DNA of 64,000 nucleotides from the human T2T-CHM13v2.0 reference genome, Homo sapiens. Each line of letters starts with the position of its first letter. Within the stretch, counting starts at the first letter, position 1. The stretch is taken from NCBI RefSeq assembly GCF_009914755.1, contig NC_060925.1; one strand, written 5' to 3'. The notes under the pieces are model-generated. The model was given only the letters and a program-made list of their open reading frames with translations, was not told the DNA's origin and searched no databases. A program made the translations under genes and the position numbers. Of this stretch, positions 53,401 through 64,000 are shown piece by piece.

Positions 53401-56400
53401 TACCATTGACCTCAAAGCGGCTGAAATCTCCAGTTGCAAATTCCACAAAAAGAATGTTTCAAGTCTGCTCTGTGTAAAGGATCGTTCAACTCTGTGAGTT
53501 GAATACACACAACACAAGGAAGTTACTGAGAATTATTCTGTCTAGCATAATATGAAGAAATCCCGTTTCCAACGAAGGCCTCAAAGAGGTCTGAATATCC
53601 ACTTGCAGACTTTACAAACAGAGTGTTTCCTAACTGCTCTATGAAAAGAAAAGTTAAACTCTGTGAGTTGAACGCACACATCACAAAGGAGTTTATGAGA
53701 ATCATTCTGTCTAGTCTTTATACGAAGATATTTCCTTTTCTACCATTGACCTCAAAGCGGCTGAAATCTCCACTTGCAAATCCCACAAAAAGAGTGTTTC
53801 AAGTCTGCTCTGTGTAAAGGATCGTTCAACTCTGTGAGTTGAATACACACAACACAAGGAAGTTACTGAGAATTCTTCTGTCTAGCAGAATATGAAGAAA
53901 TCCCGTTTCCAACGAAGGCCTCAAGGAGGTCTGAATATCCACTTGCAGACTTTACAAACAGAGTGTTTCCTAACTGCTCTATGAACAGAAAGGTAAAACT
54001 CTGTGAGTTTAACGCACACATCACAAAGGAGTTTCTGAGAATCATTCTGTCTAGTCTTTATACGAAGATATTTACTTTTCTACCATTGACCTCAAAGCGG
54101 CTGAAATCTCCACTTGCAAATTCCAGAAAAAGAGTGTTTCAAGTCTGCTCTGTGTAAAGGATCATTCAACTCTGTGAGTTGAATACACACAACACAAGGA
54201 AGTTACTGAGAATTATTCTGTCTAGCATAATATGAAGAAATCCCGTTTCCAACGAAGGCCTCAAAGAGGTCTGAATATCCACTTGCAGACTTTACAAACA
54301 GAGTGTTTCCTAACTGCTCTATGAGAAGAAAAGTTAAACTCTGTGAGTTCAACGCACACATAACAAAAGATTTTCTGAGAATCATTCTGTCTAGTCTTTA
54401 TATGAAGATAGTTTCCTTTTCTACCATTGACCTCAAAGCGGCTGAAATCTCCACTTGCAAATTCCACAAAAAGAGTGTTTCAAGTCTGCTCTGTGTAAAG
54501 GATCGTTCAACTCTGTGAGTTGAATACACACAACACAAGGAAGTTACTGAGAATTCTTCTGTCTAGCAGAATATGAAGAAATCCCGTTTCCAACGAAGGC
54601 CACAAGATGTCAGAATATCCACTTACAGACTTTACTAACAGAGTGTTTCCTAACTACTCTATGAACAGAAAGGTTAAACTCTGTGAGTTGAACGAACACA
54701 TCACAACGCAGTTTTTGGGAATGATTCTGTCTAGTTTTGAAACGAAGATATTTCCTTTTCTGCCGTTGACCTTAAAGAGCTTGAAAACTACACTTGCAAA
54801 TTGCACAAATAGAGTGTTTCAAATCTGCTCTGTCTAAGGGAACGTTCAACTCTGTGAGTTGAATGCACACAACACAAGGAAGTTACTGGGAATTCTTCTG
54901 TCTAGCCTTACATGAAAAAAACCCGTTTCCAACCAAGGCCTCTAAGTGGTCAAAATTTCCACGTGCAGACTTTACAAACAGAGTGTTTCCAAACCGCTGA
55001 ATGAAAAGAAAAGTTAAACTCTGAGAGTTGAACGCACACATCACGCAGCAGTTTCTGAGAATGATTCTGTCTAGTTTTTATACGAAGATATTTCCTTTTC
55101 TGCCTTTGGCCCCAAAGCGCTTGAAATCTCCAATTGCAAATTCCACAAAAACAGTGTTTCAAATCTGCTCTCTCTAAATGAAAGTTCAACTCTGTCAGTT
55201 GAATACACACAACACAAGGAAGTTACTGAGAATTCTTCTGTCTAGCATAATATGAAGAAATCCCGTTTCCAACGAAGGCCTCAAAGGGGTCTGAATATCC
55301 ACTTGCAGACTTTATAAACAGAGTGTTTACTAACTGCTCTATGAAAAGAAAGGTTAAACTCTGTGAGTTGAACACACACATCACAAAGGAGTTTCTGAGA
55401 ATCATTCTGTCTAGTTTTTCTACGAAGATATTTCCTATTCTACTATTGACCTCAAAGCGGCTGAAATCTCCACTTGCAAATTCCACAAAAAGAGTGTTTC
55501 AAGTCTGCTCTGTGTAAAGGATCGTTCAACTCTGTGAGTTGAATACACACAACACAAGGAAGTTACTGAGAATTCTTCTGTCTAGCAGAATAGGAAGAAA
55601 TCCCGTTTCCAACGAAGGCCTCAAAGAGGTCTGAATATCCACTTGCAGACTTTACAAACAGAGTGTTTCCTAACTGCTCTATGAAAAGAAAGGTTAAACT
55701 CTGTGAGTTGAACGCACACATCACAAAGGAGTTTCTGAGAATCGTTCTGTCTAGTTTCTATAGGAAGATATTTCCTTTTCTACCATTGACCTCAAAGCGG
55801 CTGAAATCTCCACTTGCAAATTCCACAAAAAGAGTGTTTCAAGTCTGCTCTGTGTAAAGGATCATTCAACTCTGTGAGTTGAATACACACAACACAAGGA
55901 AGTTACTGAGAATTCTTCTGTCTAGCAGAATATGAAGAAATCCCGTTTCCAACGAAGGCCTCAAGGAAGTCTGAATATCCACTTGCAGACTTTACAAACA
56001 GAGTGTTTCCTAACTGCTCTATGAAAAGAAAGGTTAAACTCTGTGAGTTGAACGCACACATCACAAAGGAGTTTCTGAGAATCATTCTGTCTAGTTTCTA
56101 TAAGAAGATATTTCCTATTCTACCATTGACCTCAAAGCGGGTGAAATCTCCACTTGCAAATTCGACAAAAAGAGTGTTTGAAGCCTGCTCTCTGTAAAGG
56201 ATCCTTCAACTCTGTGAGTTGAATACACACAACACAAGGAAGTTACTGAGAATTATTCTGTCTAGCATAATATGAAGAAATCCCGTTTCCAACGAAGGCC
56301 TCAAAGAGGTCTGAATATCCACTTGCAGACTTTACAAACAGAGTGTTTCCTAACTGCTCTATGAGAAGAAAAGTTAAACTCTGTGAGTTGAACGCACACA

Positions 56401-59147
56401 TCACAAAAGATTTTCTGAGAATCATTCTGTCTAGTCTTTATAAGAAGATAGCTTCCTTTTCTACCATTGACCTCAAATCGGCTGAAATCTCCACATGCAA
56501 ATTCCACAAAAAGAGTGTTTCAAGTCTGCTCTGTGTAAAGGATCGTTCAACTCTGTGAGTTGAATACACACAACACAAGGAAGTTACTGAGAATTCTTCT
56601 GTCTAGCAGAATATGAAGAAATCCCGTTTCCAACGAAGGCCACAAGATGTCAGAATATCCACTTACAGACTTTACAAACAGAGTGTTTCCTAACTGCTCT
56701 ATGAACAGAAAGGTTAAACTCTCTGAGTTGAACGAACACATCACAACGCAGTTTGTGGTAATGATTCTGTCTAGTTTTGAAACGAAGATATTTCCTTTTC
56801 TGCCGTTGACCTTAAAGCGCTTGAAATCTACACTTGCAAATTGCACAAATAGAGTGTTTCAAATCTGCTCTGTCTAAGGGAACGTTCAACTCTGTGAGTT
56901 GAATGCACACAACACAAGGAAGTTACTGGGAATTCTTCTGTCTAGCCTTACATGAAAAAAAAACCGTTTCCAACGAAGGCCTCTAAGTGGTCAAAATATC
57001 CACGTGCAGACTTTACAAACAGAGTGTTTCCAAACCGCTGAATGAAAAGAAAAGTTAAACTCTGAGAGTTGAACGCACACATCACGCAGCAGTTTCTGAG
57101 AATGATTCTGTCTAGTTTTTATACGAAGATATTTCCTTTTCTGCCCTTGGCCCCAAAGCGCTTGAAATCTCCACTTGCAAATTCCACAAAAACAGTGTTT
57201 CAAATCTGCTCTCTCTAAATGAAAGTTCAACTCTGTCAGTTGAATACACACAACACAAGGAAGTTACTGAGAATTCTTCTGTCTAGCATAATATGAAGAA
57301 ATCCCGTTTCCAACGAAGGCCTCAAAGGGGTCTGAATATCCACTTGCAGACTTTATAAACAGAGTGTTTACTAACTGCTCTATGAAAAGAAAGGTTAAAC
57401 TCTGTGAGTTGAACACACACATCACAAAGGAGTTTCTGAGAATCATTCTGTCTAGTTTTTCTACGAAGATATTTCCTTTTCTACTATTGACCTCAAAGCG
57501 GCTGAAATCTCCACTTGCAAATTCCACAAAAAGAGTGTTTCAAGTCTGCTCTGTGTAAAGGATCGTTCAACTCTGTGAGTTGAATACACACAACACAAGG
57601 AAGTTACTGAGAATTATTCTGTCTAGCATAATATGAAGAAATCCCGTTTCCAACGAAGGCCTCAAAGAGGTCTGAATATCCACTTGCAGACTTTACAAAC
57701 AGAGTGTTTCCTAACTGCTCTATGAAAAGAAAAGTTAAACTCTGTGAGATGAACGCACACATCACAAAGGAGTTTATGAGAATCATTCTGTCTAGTCTTT
57801 ATACGAAGATATTTCCTTTTCTACCATTGACCTCAAAGCGGCTGAAATCTCCACTTGCAAATTCCACAAAAAGAGTGTTTCAAGTCTGCTCTGTGTAAAG
57901 GATCGTTCAACTCTGTGAGTTGAATACACACAACACAAGGAAGTTACTGAGAATTCTTCTGTCTAGCAGAATATGAAGAAATCCCGTTTCCAACGAAGGC
58001 CTCAAGGAGGTCTGAATATCCACTTGCAGACTTTACAAACAGAGTGTTTCCTAACTGCTCTATGAACAGAAAGGTAAAACTCTGTGAGTTTAACGCACAC
58101 ATCACAAAGGAGTTTCTGAGAATCATTCTGTCTAGTCTTTATACGAAGATATTTACTTTTCTACCATTGACCTCAAAGCGGCTGAAATCTCCACTTGCAA
58201 ATTCCACAAAAAGAGTGTTTCAAGTCTGCTCTGTGTAAAGGATCATTCAACTCTGTGAGTTGAATAAACACAACACAAGGAAGTTACTGAGAATTCTTCT
58301 GTCTAGCAGAATATGAAGAAATCCCGTTTCCAACGAAGGCCTCAAGGAGGTCTGAATATCCACTTGCAGACTTTACAAACAGAGTGTTTCCTAACTGCTC
58401 TATGAAAAGAAAGGTTAAACTCTGTGAGTTGAACGCACACATCACAAAGGAGTTTATGAGAATCATTCTGTCTAGTTTCTATAAGAAGATATTTCCTATT
58501 CTACCATTGACCTCAAAGCGGCTGAAATCTCCACTTGCAAATTCGACAAAAAGAGTGTTTCAAGCCTGCTCTCTGTAAAGGATCCTTCAACTCTGTGAGT
58601 TGAATACACACAACACAAGGAAGTTACTGAGAATTCTTCTGTCTAGCATAATATGAAGAAATCCCGTTTCCAACGAAGGCCTCAAAGAGGTCTGAATATC
58701 CACTTGCAGACTTTACAAACAGAGTGTTTCCTAACTGCTCTATGAGAAGAAAAGTTAAACTCTGTGAGTTGAACGCACACATCACAAAAGATTTTCTGAG
58801 AATCATTCTGTCTAGTCTTTATATGGAGATAGTTTCCTTTTCTACCATTGACCTCAAAGCGGCTGAAATCTCCACTTGCAAATTCCACAAAAAGAGTGTT
58901 TCAAGTCTGCTCTGTGTAAAGGATCGTTCAACTCTGTGAGTTGAATACACACAACACAAGGAAGTTACTGAGAATTCTTCTGTCTAGCAGAATATGAAGA
59001 AATCCCGTTTCCAACGAAGGCCACAAGATGTCAGAATATCCACTTACAGACTTTACAAACAGAGTGTTTCCTAACTGCTCTATGAACAGAAAGGTTAAAC
59101 TCTGTGAGTTGAACGAACACATCACAACGCAGTTTGTGGGAATGATT

Positions 59148-62100
59148 CTGTCTAGTTTTGAAACGAAGATATTTCCTTTTCTGCCGTTGACCTTAAAGCG
59201 CTTGAAATCTACACTTGCAAATTGCACAAATAGAGTGTTTCAAATCTGCTCTGTCTAAGGGAACGTTCAACTCTGTGAGTTGAATGCACACAACACAAGG
59301 AAGTTACTGGGAATTCTTCTCTCTAGCCTTACATGAAAAAACCCGTTTCCAACGAAGGCCTCTAAGTGGTCAAAATATCCACGTGCAGACTTTACAAACA
59401 GAGTGTTTCCAAACCGCTGAATGAAAAGAAAAGTTAAACTCTGAGAGTTGAACGCACACATCACGCAGCAGTTTCTGAGAATGATTCTGTCTAGTTTTTA
59501 TACGAAGATATTTCCTTTTCTGCCTTTGGCCCCAAAGCGCTTGAAATCTCCACTTGCAAATTCCACAAAAACAGTGTTTCAAATCTGCTCTCTCTAAATG
59601 AAAGTTCAACTCTGTCAGTTGAATACACACAACACAAGGAAGTTACTGAGAATTCTTCTGTCTAGCATAATATGAAGAAATCCCGTTTCCAACGAAGGCC
59701 TCAAAGGGGTCTGAATATCCACTTGCAGACTTTATAAACAGAGTGTTTACTAACTGCTCTATGAAAAGAAAGGTTAAACTCTGTGAGTTGAACACACACA
59801 TCACAAAGGAGTTTCTGAGAATCATTCTGTCTAGTTTTTCTACGAAGATATTTCCTTTTCTACTATTGACCTCAACGCGGCTGAAATCTCCACTTGCAAA
59901 TTCCACAAAAAGAATGTTTCAAGTCTGCTCTGTGTAAAGGACCGTTCAACTCTGTGAGTTGAATACACACAACACAAGGAAGTTACTGAGAATTCTTCTG
60001 TCTAGCAGAATAGGAAGAAATCCCGTTTCCAACGAAGGCCTCAAAGAGGTCTGAATATCCACTTGCAGACTTTACAAACAGAGTGTTTCCTAACTGCTCT
60101 ATGAAAAGAAAGGTTAAACTCTGTGAGTTGAACACACACATCACAAAGGAGTTTCTGAGAATCGTTCTGTCTAGTTTCTATAGGAAGATATTTCCTATTC
60201 TAAAAATTGACCTCAAAGCGGCTGAAATCTCCACTTGCAAATTCCACAAAAAGAATGTTTCAAGTCTGCTCTGTGTAAAGGACCGTTCAACTCTGTGATT
60301 TGAATACACACAACACAAGGAAGTTACTGAGAATTATTCTGTCTAGCAGAATATGAAGAAATCCCGTTTCCAACGAAGGCCCCAAAGAGGTCTGAATATC
60401 CACTTTCAGACTTTACAAACAGAGTGTTTCCTAACTGCTCTATGAAAAGAAAAGTTAAACTCTGTGAGTTGAACGCACACATCACAAAGGAGTTTATGAG
60501 AATCATTCTGTCTAGTCTTTATACGAAGATATTTCCTTTTCTACCATTGACCTCAAAGCGGCTGAAATCTCCACTTTCAAATTCCACAAAAGATTGTTTG
60601 AAGTCTGCTCTGTGTAAAGGATCGTTCAACTCTGTGAGTAGAATACACACAACACAAGGAAGTTACTGAGAATTCTTCTGTCTAGCAGAATATGAAGAAA
60701 TCCCGTTTCCAACGAAGGCCTCAAGGAGGTCTGAATATCCACTTGCAGACTTTACAAACAGAGTGTTTCCTAACTGCTCTATGAACAGAAAGGTTAAACT
60801 CTGTGAGTTGAACGCACACATCACAAAGGAGTTTCTGAGAATGATTCTGTCTAGTCTTTATACGAAGATATTTACTTTTCTACCATTGACTTCAAAGCGG
60901 CTGAAATCTCCACCTGCAAATTCCACAAAAAGAGTGTTTCAAGTCTGCTCTGTGTAAAGGATCATTCAACTCTGTGAGTTGAATAAACACAACACAAGGA
61001 AGTTACTGAGAATTCTTCTGTCTAGCAGAATATGAAGAAATCCCGTTTCCAACGAAGGCCTCAAGGAGGTCTGAATATCCACTTGCAGACTTTACAAACA
61101 GAGTGTTTCCTAACTGCTCTATGAAAAGAAAGGTTAAACTCTGTGAGTTGAACGCACACATCACAAAGGAGTTTATGAGAATCATTCTGTCTAGTTTCTA
61201 TAAGAAGATATTTCCTATTCTACCATTGACCTCAAAGCGGCTGAAATCTCCACTTGCAAATTCCACAAAAAGAGTGTTTCAAGCCTGCTCTCTGTAAAGG
61301 ATCCTTCAACTCTGTGAGTTGAATAGACACAACACAAGGAAGTTACTGAGAATTATTCTGTCTAGCATAATATGAAGAAATCCCGTTTCCAACGAAGGCC
61401 TCAAAGAGGTCTGAATATCCACTTGCAGACTTTACAAACAGAGTGTTTCCTAACTGCTCTATGAGAAGAAAAGTTAAACTCTGTGAGTTGAACGCACACA
61501 TCACAAAAGATTTTCTGAGAATCATTCTGTCTAGTCTTTATATGAAGATAGTTTCCTTTTCTACCATTGACCTCAAAGCGGCTGAAATCTCCACTTGCAA
61601 ATTCCACAAAAAGAGTGTTTCAAGTCTGCTCTGTGTAAAGGATCGTTCAACTCTGTGAGTTGAATACACACAACACAAGGAAGTTACTGAGAATTCTTCT
61701 GTCTAGCAGAATACGAAGAAATCCCGTTTCCAACGAAGGCCACAAGATGTCAGAATATCCACTTACAGACTTTACAAACAGAGTGTTTCCTAACTGCTCT
61801 ATGAACAGAAAGGTTAAACTCTGTGAGTTGAACGAACACATCACAACGCAGTTTGTGGGAATGATTCTGTCTAGTTTTGAAACGAAGATATTTCCTTTTC
61901 TGCCGTTGACCTTAAAGCGCTTGAAATCTACACTTGCAAATTGCACAAATAGAGTGTTTCAAATCTGCTCTGTCTAAGGGAACGTTCAACTCTGTGAGTT
62001 GAATGCACACAACACAAGGAAGTTACTGGGAATTCTTCTGTCTAGCCTTACATGAAAAAACCCGTTTCCAACGAAGGCCTCTAAGTGGTCAAAATATCCA

Positions 62101-64000
62101 CGTGCAGACTTTACAAACAGAGTGTTTCCAAACCGCTGAATGAAAAGAAAAGTTAAACTCTGAGAGTTGAACGCACACATCACGCAGCAGTTTCTGAGAA
62201 TGATTCTGTCTAGTTTTTATACGAAGATATTTCCTTTTCTGCCTTTGGCCCCAAAGCGCTTGAAATCTCCACTTGCAAATTCCACAAAAACAGTGTTTCA
62301 AATCTGCTCTCTCTAAATGAAAGTTCAACTCTGTCAGTTGAATACACACAACACAAGGAAGTTACTGAGAATTCTTCTGTCTAGCATAATATGAAGAAAT
62401 CCCGTTTCCAACGAAGGCCTCAAAGGGGTCTGAATATCCACTTGCAGACTTTATAAACAGAGTGTTTACTAACTGCTCTATGAAAAGAAAGGTTAAACTC
62501 TGTGAGTTGAACACACACATCACAAAGGAGTTTCTGAGAATCATTCTGTCTAGTTTTTCTACGAAGATATTTCCTTTTCTACTATTGACCTGAAAGCGGC
62601 TGAAATCTCCACTTGCAAATTCCACAAAAAGAGTGTTTCAAGTCTGCTCTGTGTAAAGGATCGTTCAACTCTGTGAGTTGAATACACACAACACAAGGAA
62701 GTTACTGAGAATTCTTCTGTCTAGCAGAATAGGAAGAAATCCCGTTTCCAACGAAGGCCTCAAAGAGGTCTGAATATCCACTTGCAGACTTTACAAACAG
62801 AGTGTTTCCTAACTGCTCTATGAAAAGAAAGGTTAAACTCTGTGAGTTGAACACACACATCACAAAGGAGTTTCTGAGAATCGTTCTGTCTAGTTTCTAT
62901 AGGAAGATATTTCCTATTCTAAAAATTGACCTCAAAGCGGCTGAAATCTCCACTTGCAAATTCCACAAAAAGAATGTTTCAAGTCTGCTCTGTGTAAAGG
63001 ACCGTTCAACTCTGTGATTTGAATACACACAACACAAGGAAGTTACTGAGAATTATTCTGTCTAGCAGAATATGAAGAAATCCCGTTTCCAACGAAGGCC
63101 CCAAAGAGGTCTGAATATCCACTTTCAGACTTTACAAACAGAGTGTTTCCTAACTGCTCTATGAAAAGAAAAGTTAAACTCTGTGAGTTGAACGCACACA
63201 TCACAAAGGAGTTTATGAGAATCATTCTGTCTAGTCTTTATACGAAGATATTTCCTTTTCTACCATTGACCTCAAAGCGGCTGAAATCTCCACTTTCAAA
63301 TTCCACAAAAGATTGTTTGAAGTCTGCTCTGTGTAAAGGATCGTTCAACTCTGTGAGTAGAATACACACAACACAAGGAAGTTACTGAGAATTCTTCTGT
63401 CTAGCAGAATATGAAGAAATCCCGTTTCCAACGAAGGCCTCAAGGAGGTCTGAATATCCACTTGCAGACTTTACAAACAGAGTGTTTCCTAACTGCTCTA
63501 TGAACAGAAAGGTTAAACTCTGTGAGTTGAACGCACACATCACAAAGGAGTTTCTGAGAATGATTCTGTCTAGTCTTTATACGAAGATATTTACTTTTCT
63601 ACCATTGACTTCAAAGCGGCTGAAATCTCCACCTGCAAATTCCACAAAAAGAGTGTTTCAAGTCTGCTCTGTGTAAAGGATCATTCAACTCTGTGAGTTG
63701 AATAAACACAACACAAGGAAGTTACTGAGAATTCTTCTGTCTAGCAGAATATGAAGAAATCCCGTTTCCAACGAAGGCCTCAAGGAGGTCTGAATATCCA
63801 CTTGCAGACTTTACAAACAGAGTGTTTCCTAACTGCTCTATGAAAAGAAAGGTTAAACTCTGTGAGTTGAACGCACACATCACAAAGGAGTTTATGAGAA
63901 TCATTCTGTCTAGTTTCTATAAGAAGATATTTCCTATTCTACCATTGACCTCAAAGCGGCTGAAATCTCCACTTGCAAATTCCACAAAAAGAGTGTTTCA
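59148..64000 (-). repeat. Tandem 2719-bp 16-mer HOR variant (one complete copy, second running off the window)
   Basis: Private variants TATTCTAAAAATTGA (~60201/62920), GGCCCCAAAGAGG, AGATTGTTTG (~60591/63310), CACCTGCAAA and a 6-A tract recur at +2719. Confidence 0.9.

Larger units (their letters stand above)
1..64000 (-). repeat. Centromeric alpha-satellite HOR array, SF1 dimeric type, most likely S1C1/5/19H1L (D1Z7/D5Z2/D19Z3)
   Basis: Seen: continuous ~170-bp monomers and a 339-341-bp dimer period (e.g. GAATTC at 164 and 504; ORF-track repeats step by 340). TCCCGTTTCCAACGAAG occurs once per dimer. HOR start markers lie at 1, 1361, 5101, 7140, 8500, 12240, 14279, 15639, 16999, 19038, 20398, 21758, 23797, 27539, 29920, 30939, 32299, 33997, 36377, 38078, 40794, 43170, 45205, 46905, 49285, 52346, 54727, 56767, 59148 and 61867. 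Knowledge: a 340-bp EcoRI dimer with alternating B-box/A-box monomers is SF1, and a 6-mer base HOR with variable dimer expansion is typical of the chr1/5/19 array. Alpha-satellite identity is near certain; the specific HOR family is recognised from memory, not from a search. Strand is given relative to the conventional CENP-B box orientation. Confidence 0.97.

Noticed and set aside
224-63904. Hundreds of 60-124 aa ORFs on both strands
   Set aside because: They recur with the 340-bp period, overlap in several frames, often use GTG/TTG starts and are freely broken by indels. They are translations of satellite DNA, not genes.
1-64000. CRISPR-like or other repeat-spacer system
   Set aside because: There are no unique spacers, no leader and no cas-like ORFs. 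Sequence between the conserved motifs is itself repeated.
1-64000. Transposon insertion, inversion or non-alphoid island
   Set aside because: The dimer period and orientation are unbroken from end to end. There is no long poly-A tail, target-site duplication or Alu/L1-like sequence.
1-64000. Assignment to one chromosome, or to the active kinetochore site
   Set aside because: Chr1, chr5 and chr19 share this HOR, so mapping is needed. CENP-A position and methylation cannot be read from sequence.

Overview
The whole 64-kb window is an uninterrupted, single-orientation human-type centromeric alpha-satellite array. It is built from ~170-bp monomers alternating as a ~340-bp A/B dimer, with a CENP-B box and usually an EcoRI site once per dimer (suprachromosomal family 1). 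The sequence best fits the S1C1/5/19H1L higher-order repeat (HOR; D1Z7/D5Z2/D19Z3). I cannot tell which of the three chromosomes it comes from. I see no genes, RNA genes, transposon insertions, inversions or CRISPR arrays, and all listed ORFs are by-products of the repeat. I found no new biological system. What is worth attention is the architecture. Using the once-per-HOR marker CTGTCTAGTTTTGAAACGAAG, the window holds 29 complete HOR units of 6-22 monomers, always an even number, plus a partial unit. The left ~22 kb is a very homogeneous domain with nested 7139-bp and 4759-bp super-repeats. The right part is a more diverse mosaic with local tandem duplications, hybrid monomers, long-range related units and about 21 CENP-B boxes window-wide with altered core bases. 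All coordinates and counts were read by eye with help from the ORF-track periodicity, so breakpoints are approximate.
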